NCBI GenBank assembly: GCA_044222185.1
Contig: JBGANV010000001.1
Coordinates: 576,001 to 640,000 of the forward strand
Direction: 5' to 3'
DNA: 64,000 bases
From: Planctomycetota bacterium
GTDB lineage: Bacteria > Planctomycetota > GCA-002687715 > CAIWVZ01
This document shows, piece after piece, positions 1-12,152 of the stretch. The notes beneath the pieces are model-generated. The model was given only the letters and a program-made list of their open reading frames with translations, was not told the DNA's origin and ran no database searches. Positions within the stretch are counted from its first letter, which is position 1. Every line of letters begins with the position of its first letter. A program made the translations under genes and the position numbers.

Positions 1-3150
<3,150 letters not shown>

Positions 3151-3255
3151 CGATGAGATCCCGCGCGTGCGGGCGGCCACGGCGGCAGCCCGGATCGCCG
3201 CGGATCATACCGGCCGAACGCGGGCCCCGCAGCCGTGCGTGGCCGAGTCTGGCAA

Positions 3256-4614
3256 TCACCGGATCGGGATGCGCCCGTTGAGCACCGAGCCGTTTCGCAG
3301 GACGTGGATGTCCGGCGCCCGCCCGGCCCGGGCATAGGCTCGGACCTTCGCCGTCAGGTCGTTGGTGTCACGCACGCTGTAGTTGCCGAGCTGAAACAAC
3401 ACGTCCCCGGCCGCAAGCCCCACTTCGGCCGCGACGCTCTTGGCATCCACCTTCGTGATGACGACGCCTGCGTGTGACGCATCGAGGTTGAACTGCCGTG
3501 CCAGCGCGGGCGTGAGATCCGCGACCGACATCCCCACGGATTCGAAGGTCGTCTTGCTGAACGCGGCCAACGGGACCTCTTCGAGTTCGACGGGCACGTC
3601 CTTGACCTTGTCCGACTGGCGGACGGTGAACGTCACGGGCCTTCCGGGTGCCGACTCGAGCATCTCGATGTTGAGCGCAAGCCTCGACCGGATCGGGCGT
3701 CCGCTGACGGCCACGACCTGGTCACCCGTGGCGAGCGCGGTTTTCGCCGCCGGGCTGCCGTCGGCAACCTTCTCGACACGAACGCCCGCTCCGGCGTCCA
3801 CGAACTCGGCCCCGAGCCACGCACGGCGAACGACTTCCGGGTCGAGGAGCGTGGTCGCGACGTCTCGAACGCGGTTGATCGGGATCGCATAGCCGATGCC
3901 CGGTCCGCGGTTGTCGATGGCCACGTTGATGCCGATCACGTAGCCGTTGATGTCCAGGAGCGGCCCGCCGGAATTCCCCGGATTGATGAGGGCGCTCGTC
4001 TGGATGAAGTCCTTGAAGACGACCTTGCCCCGCATGGTGACGGAGCGGTTGCGGGCGGAGAGGATCCCCGTCGTCACCGAGTCCACCAGCCCGAACGGAT
4101 TGCCCAGCGCGATCGTCGTCTCGCCGACCATCAGCTGATCGCTGTCGCCGAGCGCCGCGTACGGAAACGGGCCCGGACCGTCGATCTTCAACACGGCGAT
4201 GTCGTTGTCCGTGTCGGAGTTGATCAACCGGGCGCCGAGCGTCGCGAGCTTGTGGTCCGGGTGCATGACCTGGACCTCGATCTGGTCGGCGCCTGACACG
4301 ACGTGGTCGTTGGTCACCACGTAGCCCGCGGGGTGGATGATGACGCCCGAGCCCATGGATCGTGGCGCCAATTGGCCGTTACCGTGGTCCACCTCGGGCA
4401 TCTGGAACAGGCCTGAGAACGGGTGGAACCTCGCGACGCGCGATTTGGTCGAAATCGAAACCACCGCGGGTCCGACGTTCTCGACGGCGAGGACGATCGG
4501 TGTGCGGCGTTCGAAGTTCGGGAGCTTGGGGGACTGGGCGTCCTGAGCGGAGACCTGCATGGCCGCCGCCGCGGCGGCGAGCAGGAGAAGCGGCAGTCGG
4601 GCTCGTGAATGCAT
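3256..4614 (-). CDS. HtrA/DegP-family serine protease with signal peptide and two PDZ domains
   Basis: GSGVII, VTNDHVV (His), DIAVLKI (Asp), INPGNSGGPL (Ser). ATG at 4614 follows GGAGG. Confidence 0.92.
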   Translation of the reverse strand: MHSRARLPLLLLAAAAAAMQVSAQDAQSPKLPNFERRTPIVLAVENVGPAVVSISTKSRVARFHPFSGLFQMPEVDHGNGQLAPRSMGSGVIIHPAGYVVTNDHVVSGADQIEVQVMHPDHKLATLGARLINSDTDNDIAVLKIDGPGPFPYAALGDSDQLMVGETTIALGNPFGLVDSVTTGILSARNRSVTMRGKVVFKDFIQTSALINPGNSGGPLLDINGYVIGINVAIDNRGPGIGYAIPINRVRDVATTLLDPEVVRRAWLGAEFVDAGAGVRVEKVADGSPAAKTALATGDQVVAVSGRPIRSRLALNIEMLESAPGRPVTFTVRQSDKVKDVPVELEEVPLAAFSKTTFESVGMSVADLTPALARQFNLDASHAGVVITKVDAKSVAAEVGLAAGDVLFQLGNYSVRDTNDLTAKVRAYARAGRAPDIHVLRNGSVLNGRIPIR

Positions 4615-4748
4615 GGTTTGGTGTGACCTCCGTGGCCAGGTTTCCAAAGGCAACGGACAAACGTTCGCTCGCCAGATGATACGGTCCATCCCGCGATGCA
4701 CTCCCGCCGCCACGCGACGGGTACGCGGGTCTCGGAGGTTCGGATCAG

Positions 4749-5534
4749 ATGTTCACAAGCGTCTCGCGTAGCCGTATTCACACACTCGTGGTCCTGATCG
4801 GCCTCGGCCTGCCGTTCCTTGCGGCTGCCTGTTCGCAGGGCGGTGAGAAGCCGCCACCGGTGGAGGCCGGCTCGAGCCCCGAAGAACGTGAGAAGAAAGC
4901 GACGGCACTGTGGCTCGAGGCCGAGTCCGCCGACCCGGCACGCAAGCTCGAGCTCTACCGGAAGGTCATCGCCGTCTATCCGGACACGAAGCGGGCGCAG
5001 GAGGTGTACTTGAGCCTCGTGGTCTACCTCGTGCGCGAGACGCCGCCGCTGCTCGACGAGGCGCTGCGGCATTCGAAGGCCTACGCCGACCGGCACCCAA
5101 CGGACCTTCGTTGGAGCGAGTGCTTCCTCCAGGTCACCGACACGGCGACGTACACGAAGGACGCGACGATCCGAGCCGCCGCGCTCTCGGCGTGGAGCCA
5201 GGAACTCGAGAAACACGACGTCGCGGCCGACATCCCCAAGATCGACCTCCTCCCGGATCTCGCGGGCGTGCGGATCCGCCAGGAACGCTGGCAGGACGCC
5301 GATGTGGCTCTGGATTCGGCCCTCGGGGAGACCACGCTGCCGCCCGCCCGTCGCGTGGAACTCCTCGTGCGACAGGGGGACCTGCGCGGGTTCAAGCTCG
5401 GAAAGAAAACCGAGGCGCGCGCGTGTTTCGATCAGGCGCTGGAACTCTCGAAGGCGCTGCAGGTCGCGGGAACCAAGCGCGCGGGTTACGCGCCCGAAGA
5501 CATCCAGGGCGAGATCAAGAAGCTCGACGGATGA
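4749..5534 (+). CDS. Putative helical (TPR-like) lipoprotein
   Basis: Hydrophobic N-terminus with lipobox-like LAAAC, followed by helical repeats such as EARACFDQALEL. Confidence 0.65.
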   Translation: MFTSVSRSRIHTLVVLIGLGLPFLAAACSQGGEKPPPVEAGSSPEEREKKATALWLEAESADPARKLELYRKVIAVYPDTKRAQEVYLSLVVYLVRETPPLLDEALRHSKAYADRHPTDLRWSECFLQVTDTATYTKDATIRAAALSAWSQELEKHDVAADIPKIDLLPDLAGVRIRQERWQDADVALDSALGETTLPPARRVELLVRQGDLRGFKLGKKTEARACFDQALELSKALQVAGTKRAGYAPEDIQGEIKKLDG

Positions 5535-5540
5535 CGGGGT

Positions 5541-6116
5541 TCACTTGGGCGCAGGCTGAGGTGGCGTGCCCGGGGCATTCCCGCCGGTCTGCTTCGCCCA
5601 CTCCTCCTGCGCCTTGACGAGCCACGACTCGGCGAGCGGGCGAACGTGCGTCATGTGCAGCTCGAACGCCTTGCTGCCCTGTACGCCCTTCGCCGTGTTT
5701 CCCCGCAGCTGGTCCTGGAACGACTCGGGAAGGAAACTGCCGATGCTGACGACGATCTGAAGCGCGAGGCCACATATGCCCGCGCCCTTTGCCGCACCGA
5801 TCAGGAACCCCAGCGAGCGGTCGGCCGATCCCATGCGCAACCCCTCGATCGCCTTGCGTGCGAGGTGCCCGAAGAAGCTCATGACGACGTAGACGAGGAT
5901 TCCGATGGCGACCCAGGCCAGCGCGACCCGCTGGACCTTCGGCCACTCGATGAAACGCACCATGAACTCCGCCACGTTCTCGGCCTGCGATCGGGCGACG
6001 ACGATCGCCAGCACGATGCTCCCGATGCGGAAGACCTGCCACGCGAAGCCGCGCATGGCGCCGATGATCCCGTTGAGCAGGATGATCCCGATGGCGACGA
6101 GGTCGACGACGTTCAT
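5541..6116 (-). CDS. cvpA: CvpA (colicin V production) family membrane protein
   Basis: MNVVDLVAIGIILLNGIIGAMRGF...ADRSLGFLIGAAKG pattern typical of CvpA. ATG at 6116. Confidence 0.8.
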   Translation of the reverse strand: MNVVDLVAIGIILLNGIIGAMRGFAWQVFRIGSIVLAIVVARSQAENVAEFMVRFIEWPKVQRVALAWVAIGILVYVVMSFFGHLARKAIEGLRMGSADRSLGFLIGAAKGAGICGLALQIVVSIGSFLPESFQDQLRGNTAKGVQGSKAFELHMTHVRPLAESWLVKAQEEWAKQTGGNAPGTPPQPAPK

Positions 6117-6198
6117 GGCGGAAATCTCCGTTGGCTGCGGGCGCGCATTCGGACGGATACGTGCGACTCCGAATCCGTTCGCGGCGAGGGTTGGCCGG

Positions 6199-6236
6199 AA
6201 TGAAAGGAGCCTCACGGGGGTTGCCCGCGAGGCTCC
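6199..6236 (-). terminator. Intrinsic terminator-like hairpin downstream of tRNA-Val
   Basis: Minus strand reads GGAGCCTCGCGGG-CAACC-CCCGTGAGGCTCC (13 bp with one G-U pair) followed by TTTCATT. Confidence 0.6.
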
Positions 6237-6248
6237 GCGTCCGATCGA

Positions 6249-6322
6249 TGGGCGTAACAGGACTCGAACCTGTGACCTCCACAATGTCAATGTGGCGCTC
6301 TAGCCAACTGAGCTATACGCCC
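6249..6322 (-). tRNA. tRNA-Val(GAC), CCA not encoded
   Basis: GGGCGTA/TACGCCC acceptor stem, D-loop AGTTGGCTAGAGC, anticodon arm CCACA-TTGACAT-TGTGG, T-loop GGTTCGAGTCC. Confidence 0.97.
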
Positions 6323-6337
6323 CATTTCGGGGGCCTC

Positions 6338-6365
6338 ATTCTCCAAAGGTCGCGAGGGGACACAA
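6338..6365 (-). promoter_or_regulatory. Candidate sigma70-type promoter for tRNA-Val
   Basis: TTGTGT-N16-GAGAAT, about 15 nt upstream of the tRNA. Confidence 0.35.
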
Positions 6366-6556
6366 GGCCGGAGCGCGGAGAGGTTTCGGAGGGGAGCGAC
6401 CTCGACTCGCGGCGGGATGGCCATCGATCTCCGAGACCGCTCGCGGGGGGCGGGCGGCTGCGACCTGCGCGCGCTTGAAGTCATACACCACCCGGATAAC
6501 ACCTTGCGATCCGCTGAGCCGGCACACCGCCGCGAGCCGGCGGTACGAGGTCCACG

Positions 6557-7666
6557 ATGCTCATCGGAATCCCGCGCGAAGTGAAAACCGACGAAGGTCG
6601 GGTTGCCATCGTCCCTGCCGGCGTGGACACGCTCGTCCGCAAGGGCCACAAGGTCATCATCGAAACGAACGCCGGCGTGAAGTCCGGCATCACGGATGCG
6701 GCATACCAGGCAGCCGGCGCCCAGATCGTGGCGACCGCCGCCGAGGTGTGGTCCAAGGCCGAGATGATCATCAAGGTGAAGGAGCCGCTTCCGCAGGAGT
6801 GGCCCATGATCCGGCGTGATCAACTCCTGTTCACCTACTTCCATTTCGCCGCGTCGCGTGAGTTGACGGAGGCGATCATCAAGACCGGCGCCCACGCCAT
6901 CGCCTACGAGACGCTCGAGTCGAAGGGGAGCCTGCCGCTCCTGACACCGATGAGCGAAGTGGCGGGCCGGATGGCGGTCCAGGAGGGCGCGAAGTGGCTC
7001 GAGGCTCCCATGGGCGGGGCCGGGGTCCTGCTCGGGGGCGTCCCTGGAGTACCGACCGCGAATGTGATGATTCTCGGAGGTGGCATCGTCGGGACGAACG
7101 CGGCGCGCATCGCTGCGGGCATGGGCGCCCGGGTGACGATCCTCGACATCAACCTCGATCGGCTTCGCTACCTCAGCGAGATCATGCCGGCGAACGTGAC
7201 GCCGATCTTCTCCAACGCCTACACGATCCGGGAGATGCTGAAGACGACGCACCTGCTCGTCGGGGCCGTGCTCGTACCTGGCGCCAAGGCTCCGGCCCTC
7301 GTCAACCGAGAGATGTTGCGTGGGATGCCGCGGGGCGCGGTCCTCGTCGACGTCGCCGTCGATCAGGGAGGCTGCGTGGAGACGTGCCGGGCGACGACGC
7401 ACAGCAACCCCGTCTACACGGAAGAGGGCGTGATCCACTACTGCGTGGCGAACATGCCAGGCGCCGTGCCGCAAACCAGCACGTTCGCCCTGACGAACGC
7501 CACGCTGCCGTACGCCGTCAAGCTGGCGGCAAAGGGCGTCGCCGCGCTCCGCGAGGATCCCGAGCTCGCGACGGCGGCGAACATCATCGGCGGCAAGATC
7601 ACCTACAAGAACGTGGCCGACGCGTTCGGCATGCCGTCGGTTTCGCTCAGCGCAGCCCTCGGCTGA
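6557..7666 (+). CDS. ald: Alanine dehydrogenase
   Basis: IGIPREVK, KVKEP, FTYFHFA, PLLTPMSEVAGR, VDVAVDQGGC, YCVANMPGAVP. Confidence 0.96.
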   Translation: MLIGIPREVKTDEGRVAIVPAGVDTLVRKGHKVIIETNAGVKSGITDAAYQAAGAQIVATAAEVWSKAEMIIKVKEPLPQEWPMIRRDQLLFTYFHFAASRELTEAIIKTGAHAIAYETLESKGSLPLLTPMSEVAGRMAVQEGAKWLEAPMGGAGVLLGGVPGVPTANVMILGGGIVGTNAARIAAGMGARVTILDINLDRLRYLSEIMPANVTPIFSNAYTIREMLKTTHLLVGAVLVPGAKAPALVNREMLRGMPRGAVLVDVAVDQGGCVETCRATTHSNPVYTEEGVIHYCVANMPGAVPQTSTFALTNATLPYAVKLAAKGVAALREDPELATAANIIGGKITYKNVADAFGMPSVSLSAALG

Positions 7667-7726
7667 TCCGTTCCGCTGGCGGCGCCCGCACGCGACGAAC
7701 GCGGACCGGGCGCCGATCGGGGGGAG

Positions 7727-8710
7727 ATGAAGACCGCACTGATCACGGGGATTACCGGCCAGGACGGTTCCCATCTGGCCGAGTTCCTCCTGGCGCGCGG
7801 TTATCGCGTCGCCGGGATGATTCGCCGCACGAGCGCCGAGCATCACGAGCGCATCGCCCACCTCGCCGGGCAGATCGAGCTTCACCAGGGCGACCTCCTG
7901 GATCAGATGTCGCTCATCCGTCTCGTGGAGGCGGTGAAGCCGGACGAGATCTACAACCTGGCGGCCATGTCGTTCGTGCCTGCGTCATTCACGCAACCCG
8001 TCTTGACGGGCGAGTACACGGCGCTCGGGGTGACGCGTCTCCTCGAAGCCGTGCGCCTCGTGAACCCGCGGATCCGCTTCTATCAGGCATCTTCGTCGGA
8101 GATGTTCGGGAAGGTGCGCGCGACGCCCCAGAACGAGTTGACGGCGTTCCACCCGCGAAGTCCCTACGGCGTCGCCAAGGTGTTCGCCCACTTGATCACG
8201 GTCAACTACCGTGAGTCGTACGGGCTCCACGCGTCGTCGGGGATCATGTTCAATCACGAGGGGCCGCGTCGAGGGCTCGAATTCGTGACGCGCAAGATCA
8301 CCGATGGAGTCGCACGGGTGAAGCACCAGGTCGCCGACTGCATCCTCCTGGGGAACCTGGATGCGCGGAGAGACTGGGGATACGCGGGGGACTACGTCCG
8401 CGCCATGTGGCTCATGCTCCAGCAACCCGATCCTGGCGACTACGTCATCGCGACCGGCGTCATGCACAGCGTCCGCGAGTTCGCGGAGGCGGCGTTCGCC
8501 CGTGTCGGGCTCGACTACACGAAGCACGTGAAGACCGATCCATCCCTGCTGCGTCCCGCGGAGGTCGATCACCTCCAAGGCGACGCCACGCTTGCTCGCA
8601 CGCGGCTCGGTTGGAAGCCGGAGGTCGGGTTCCAGCAGATGGTCGCCATGATGGTCGATGCGGATTGCGCCCGATGGGCCGCGCGGCGCTCGACGCCGCG
8701 GCAACCCTGA
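7727..8710 (+). CDS. gmd: GDP-mannose 4,6-dehydratase
   Basis: ALITGITGQDG, YQASSSEMFG, PRSPYGVAK, GNLDARRDWG, RPAEV. Confidence 0.95.
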   Translation: MKTALITGITGQDGSHLAEFLLARGYRVAGMIRRTSAEHHERIAHLAGQIELHQGDLLDQMSLIRLVEAVKPDEIYNLAAMSFVPASFTQPVLTGEYTALGVTRLLEAVRLVNPRIRFYQASSSEMFGKVRATPQNELTAFHPRSPYGVAKVFAHLITVNYRESYGLHASSGIMFNHEGPRRGLEFVTRKITDGVARVKHQVADCILLGNLDARRDWGYAGDYVRAMWLMLQQPDPGDYVIATGVMHSVREFAEAAFARVGLDYTKHVKTDPSLLRPAEVDHLQGDATLARTRLGWKPEVGFQQMVAMMVDADCARWAARRSTPRQP

Positions 8711-8718
8711 CGCGGCCC

Positions 8719-9693
8719 ATGCTTCGCCTTCACGGAGCGGCACTCGTCATCGGCGCCGAGGGGTTCGTCGGCAGTCACATGACCGGACCGCTCGCCGAAT
8801 CGGGCCTGACCGTCGTCGGCGCCGGTCGAAGACCGCGGACCGACGCTCCCCTCGAGCGATGGCACACGATCGACGTCCGTGACGCGGATGCGGTGGAGCG
8901 CCTCGTGACCGTGGTCCGGCCCTCGGTCGTCGTCCACCTCGCGGGCGTCACCCATCTCCCGAAGGTGCTGGAGGCGCCGGCTGAGGCGTTCCAGGTCAAC
9001 GTGGTCGGGACGCGGAACGTGCTCGAGGCCGTGAGGCGTCACGCACCGGCGGCCCGCGTGCTGCTCGTGTCGTCGGCGGCCGTCTACGGGAGCCCGAGCC
9101 CCGACCTCCTACCGCTCGACGAGGATTCGCCATTGCTTGCCGAGCACCCGTACGGGGTGCAGAAGATCGCCGTCGAATGTCTGGGCGAGCGCTACCGAGC
9201 CGATTTCGGGGTTCCGATCGTGATCGCGCGCCCGTTCAATCACCTGGGCCTGCGGCAGGAGGCGCGGTTCGCCGCGTCGTCGTTCGCCGACAAGCTTGCC
9301 GCCATCGAGGTCGAGCGGGCACCCGCCGTCATGAAAGTGGGGAATCTCGAACCCAGGCGCGACATCCTCGACGTGCGCGACGTGGTTTCGGCATACATCC
9401 GGCTCCTGCAGATGGACGACTTCGAGGGGACCTACGTCGTCGCCCGCGGGCGATCGACCCGGATCGGAGACATCCTCGACCTGTTCCTGAAGCACGCGCG
9501 GTGTCCGGTCACCGTGGAATCCGATCCATCGCTCTTCCGGAAGCATGACGCGCCGGACCTCGTGGGATCGCCGGCACGGCTGCGAGCGCGCACCGGCTGG
9601 GAGCCGACGGTCCCCCTGGAAGAAACGCTGCTCGGAATCCTGGACGAGGCGCGAGCCCGGATCCGCACGCGTGAGGATCGCGCCGGCGGATGA
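8719..9693 (+). CDS. rmd: GDP-4-keto-6-deoxy-D-mannose reductase (Rmd-like SDR)
   Basis: GAEGFVG, YGVQK, RPFNHLG, VGNLEPRRDILDVRDVV. Directly follows gmd. ATG at 8719. Confidence 0.75.
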   Translation: MLRLHGAALVIGAEGFVGSHMTGPLAESGLTVVGAGRRPRTDAPLERWHTIDVRDADAVERLVTVVRPSVVVHLAGVTHLPKVLEAPAEAFQVNVVGTRNVLEAVRRHAPAARVLLVSSAAVYGSPSPDLLPLDEDSPLLAEHPYGVQKIAVECLGERYRADFGVPIVIARPFNHLGLRQEARFAASSFADKLAAIEVERAPAVMKVGNLEPRRDILDVRDVVSAYIRLLQMDDFEGTYVVARGRSTRIGDILDLFLKHARCPVTVESDPSLFRKHDAPDLVGSPARLRARTGWEPTVPLEETLLGILDEARARIRTREDRAGG

Positions 9694-11111
9694 CGGCAGC
9701 CAGCGGCGACCTCACTCGCGGATCGCTCGCCAGAAAGGCGTTCTGGTTCGGACTGCCGATCTCCGTCGCGCTCGCCCTCCACGCCCTCGTGAACCTCGTC
9801 GACCTCGTGATCATCGGGCGCCTGCCCGAGGGCGCGATCGCCGCGGTGCAGGTGCCCGGGACGATCGTCATGGTTCCCATGGTCATCTTCGATGGGATCT
9901 GCTCGCTGGTCGTCGCGCTGGTCGCTCAAGCCCGCGGCGGAGGGCGCCCGGCCGAAGCCGTGCGTGTTTGCTGGGAATCGTTGTGGATCGCGCTCGGCGG
10001 CACGGTCGCGTGCATCGTCGCAACACCCTGGGCCGAGTCGTTCATGCGCGCGAACTTCGACCTGGCGGACGCGGCCGCGATGCAGGACGGCGTCGTGTAC
10101 CTGCGAGTGATGATGTACGGCGCCGGCACCATGTTCTTCATCCTGGCGACGACGGCGGTCCTGCGCGGGGCGGGCAACTCGTTCTGGCCCATGGTGATCC
10201 TCATCGGGACGAACGTAGTCAACCTCGTCCTGAACCTGGCACTCGTGTTCGGCATGTGGGGATTCCCGGCGCTCGGTGTCGCCGGGTCGGCCTGGGCGTC
10301 CGTGATCGCACGAGGCGCTGGTGCGCTACTTGGCGTCATCCTGCTGTGGCGCGGGATCGGTGGCGTGGCCCTTCGAGGGACGCGCCTGCCGCTGGGCATT
10401 CCCCATTGGCGCCAGCTGATCCTGGGCGGGCTTCCGTCCTCGCTCCAACTGTGCATCCGCATCACGGCGGGCATGGTGCTCTTGAAGATCGTATTGGCGA
10501 CGGGAACGGGCGGCCGGACGACGCTGCTCGACGGTGTCGGCATCTCCATTCGGCTCGAGATGATCGCCATGTTCGTCATCTTCGGCTGGGGCTCCGCTGC
10601 TACTGCCGTCGTCGGTCAGAACCTCGGTGCAGGGATGGCGAAGCGCGCCGCCGTGGGTGCGTGGATCACCGTCGCGTATGCGGCAATCGTCAGCGTCGTC
10701 ATCGCGATCCTGATCTGGGTCTTCCGGGAAGCGCTCTTCCACCTCGTCATGCCCGGCCTGGGCGCCGAGGGATTCGCCATCGGCACCGACTACCTCAGGG
10801 CGACGCTGCCGTTCTATTCGGTCGTCGCCGTGGGAGCGGTGCTCGGTCGTGCGCTCAACGGTGCGACGAGCACGAAGACGCCGCTCGTCATCGACCTCGT
10901 GTGCTACGTCCTGATTCTTTGCCCGCTCGCCGCGTGGGCGTCCGGAGCGGGCCTCGGCCCCTACTTGTTGGGGCGCAGCCCGGACGTCTCCCAGGCGTGG
11001 CGCGTCCTGGTCGGCGTCCACATTCTCGCCTCGATCATCTACAGCGTTGTGTTCAGCCGCGGGACCTGGAAGAAAAAAGGACTGGCGGCCTCGGGTCGGT
11101 TGGCTGCTTGA
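9690..11111 (+). CDS. MATE (MOP superfamily) transporter
   Basis: DLTRGSL N-terminus, NLVD, LRGAGNS, GVAGSAWA, VGQNLGAG and many hydrophobic segments. ATGA overlap with rmd. Confidence 0.88.
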   Translation: MTAASGDLTRGSLARKAFWFGLPISVALALHALVNLVDLVIIGRLPEGAIAAVQVPGTIVMVPMVIFDGICSLVVALVAQARGGGRPAEAVRVCWESLWIALGGTVACIVATPWAESFMRANFDLADAAAMQDGVVYLRVMMYGAGTMFFILATTAVLRGAGNSFWPMVILIGTNVVNLVLNLALVFGMWGFPALGVAGSAWASVIARGAGALLGVILLWRGIGGVALRGTRLPLGIPHWRQLILGGLPSSLQLCIRITAGMVLLKIVLATGTGGRTTLLDGVGISIRLEMIAMFVIFGWGSAATAVVGQNLGAGMAKRAAVGAWITVAYAAIVSVVIAILIWVFREALFHLVMPGLGAEGFAIGTDYLRATLPFYSVVAVGAVLGRALNGATSTKTPLVIDLVCYVLILCPLAAWASGAGLGPYLLGRSPDVSQAWRVLVGVHILASIIYSVVFSRGTWKKKGLAASGRLAA

Positions 11112-11120
11112 AGGGTCTTC

Positions 11121-12152
11121 ATGCCGGAGAAGGTGACCAAGCGCGAGCGGGTGATGAACCTGCTCGCCCTGCTCTTCGCATCGCGGCGTCCGATTCCGTT
11201 CTCGGAGATCGCCGGGCGAGTCATCGGCTATGACGACAAGGCTCCGTTCGAAACGCTGGAGAAACGGTTCGATCGGGATCGAGCGGAACTCCGCGCCATC
11301 GGCGTCTCAATCGATTACGTGGGCTCGATCGAGGGTGGGCCCGGCGGGTACGTCGTCCGCCGCGACGAGGTCTTCAATCGCCCGATCACTCTCGACCCGG
11401 ACGAGTCGGCGCTCCTGGCGATCGCCGGTCGTGTGGGTGCCGCCGCGGTCGGCGACGGAACGTTGCACGAGGCCCTGAAGGGGGCGCTGCGCAAGCTCGC
11501 AGTCGACGTCCCACACGCCGATGCCGCCGCCGAGGCGCACCAGGTCACGGTGTTGCGGGCGCAGAGCGGCGACCCCCGATCGAGGGACCTCGTGGCCGCC
11601 CTGGCGGAGGCCATCGGGCAGGAGCGGCGTCAGCGCTTCTCCTACCTGGGCTGGAACGACGACCGCGAGAAGGTCCGGACCGTCAGCCCCTACGGGCTCG
11701 GCATGTTCCGCGGGGCCTGGTACCTGGTCGGCCACGATCACGACCGGAATGCCATCCGGTGCTTCAAGCTGTCCCGTTTCCGAAGCGGGTCCGCGGACGA
11801 CGCCGGAGCCGGGCGGCCTGCGGACGCGATCCCCGAGGACTTCGTGATCACCGATCACATCCCGACGGAGGCGGATGCGCCGTGTGCCAAGCCCGTGCGC
11901 GTGACCGTGCTCCTGCGCGGGCACCCCGATCGAGCGAATCTCCTCCCGGGCAAGGTGCACGGCGTCGAGGCACATCCGGACGGCACGGCCACTGCGGTGA
12001 TCGAGACCGCTCGCCCGTGGGCGCTGCTTTCGGCTGCGCTTTCATCATTCGGAGACGTCGTGATCCAGGAGCCGCCGGACCTCCGAGAGGCCGTTCGTCG
12101 GGCGGCAGCCGCACGGCTTGGCTTTCACGGCGTCGAGGCCGGCGTCTCATGA
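11121..12152 (+). CDS. pafB: WYL-domain transcriptional regulator, PafB-like
   Basis: N-terminal wHTH KRERVMNLLALL...RFDRDRAELRAIG resembles mycobacterial PafB. WYL domain RTVSPYGL...WYLVGHDHDR...FKLSR. Confidence 0.82.
   Translation: MPEKVTKRERVMNLLALLFASRRPIPFSEIAGRVIGYDDKAPFETLEKRFDRDRAELRAIGVSIDYVGSIEGGPGGYVVRRDEVFNRPITLDPDESALLAIAGRVGAAAVGDGTLHEALKGALRKLAVDVPHADAAAEAHQVTVLRAQSGDPRSRDLVAALAEAIGQERRQRFSYLGWNDDREKVRTVSPYGLGMFRGAWYLVGHDHDRNAIRCFKLSRFRSGSADDAGAGRPADAIPEDFVITDHIPTEADAPCAKPVRVTVLLRGHPDRANLLPGKVHGVEAHPDGTATAVIETARPWALLSAALSSFGDVVIQEPPDLREAVRRAAAARLGFHGVEAGVS

Noticed and set aside
6249-6322. tRNA-Val as an integration site for a genomic island
   Set aside because: No integrase, no duplicated tRNA 3' end seen, and the flanking genes are housekeeping-type.
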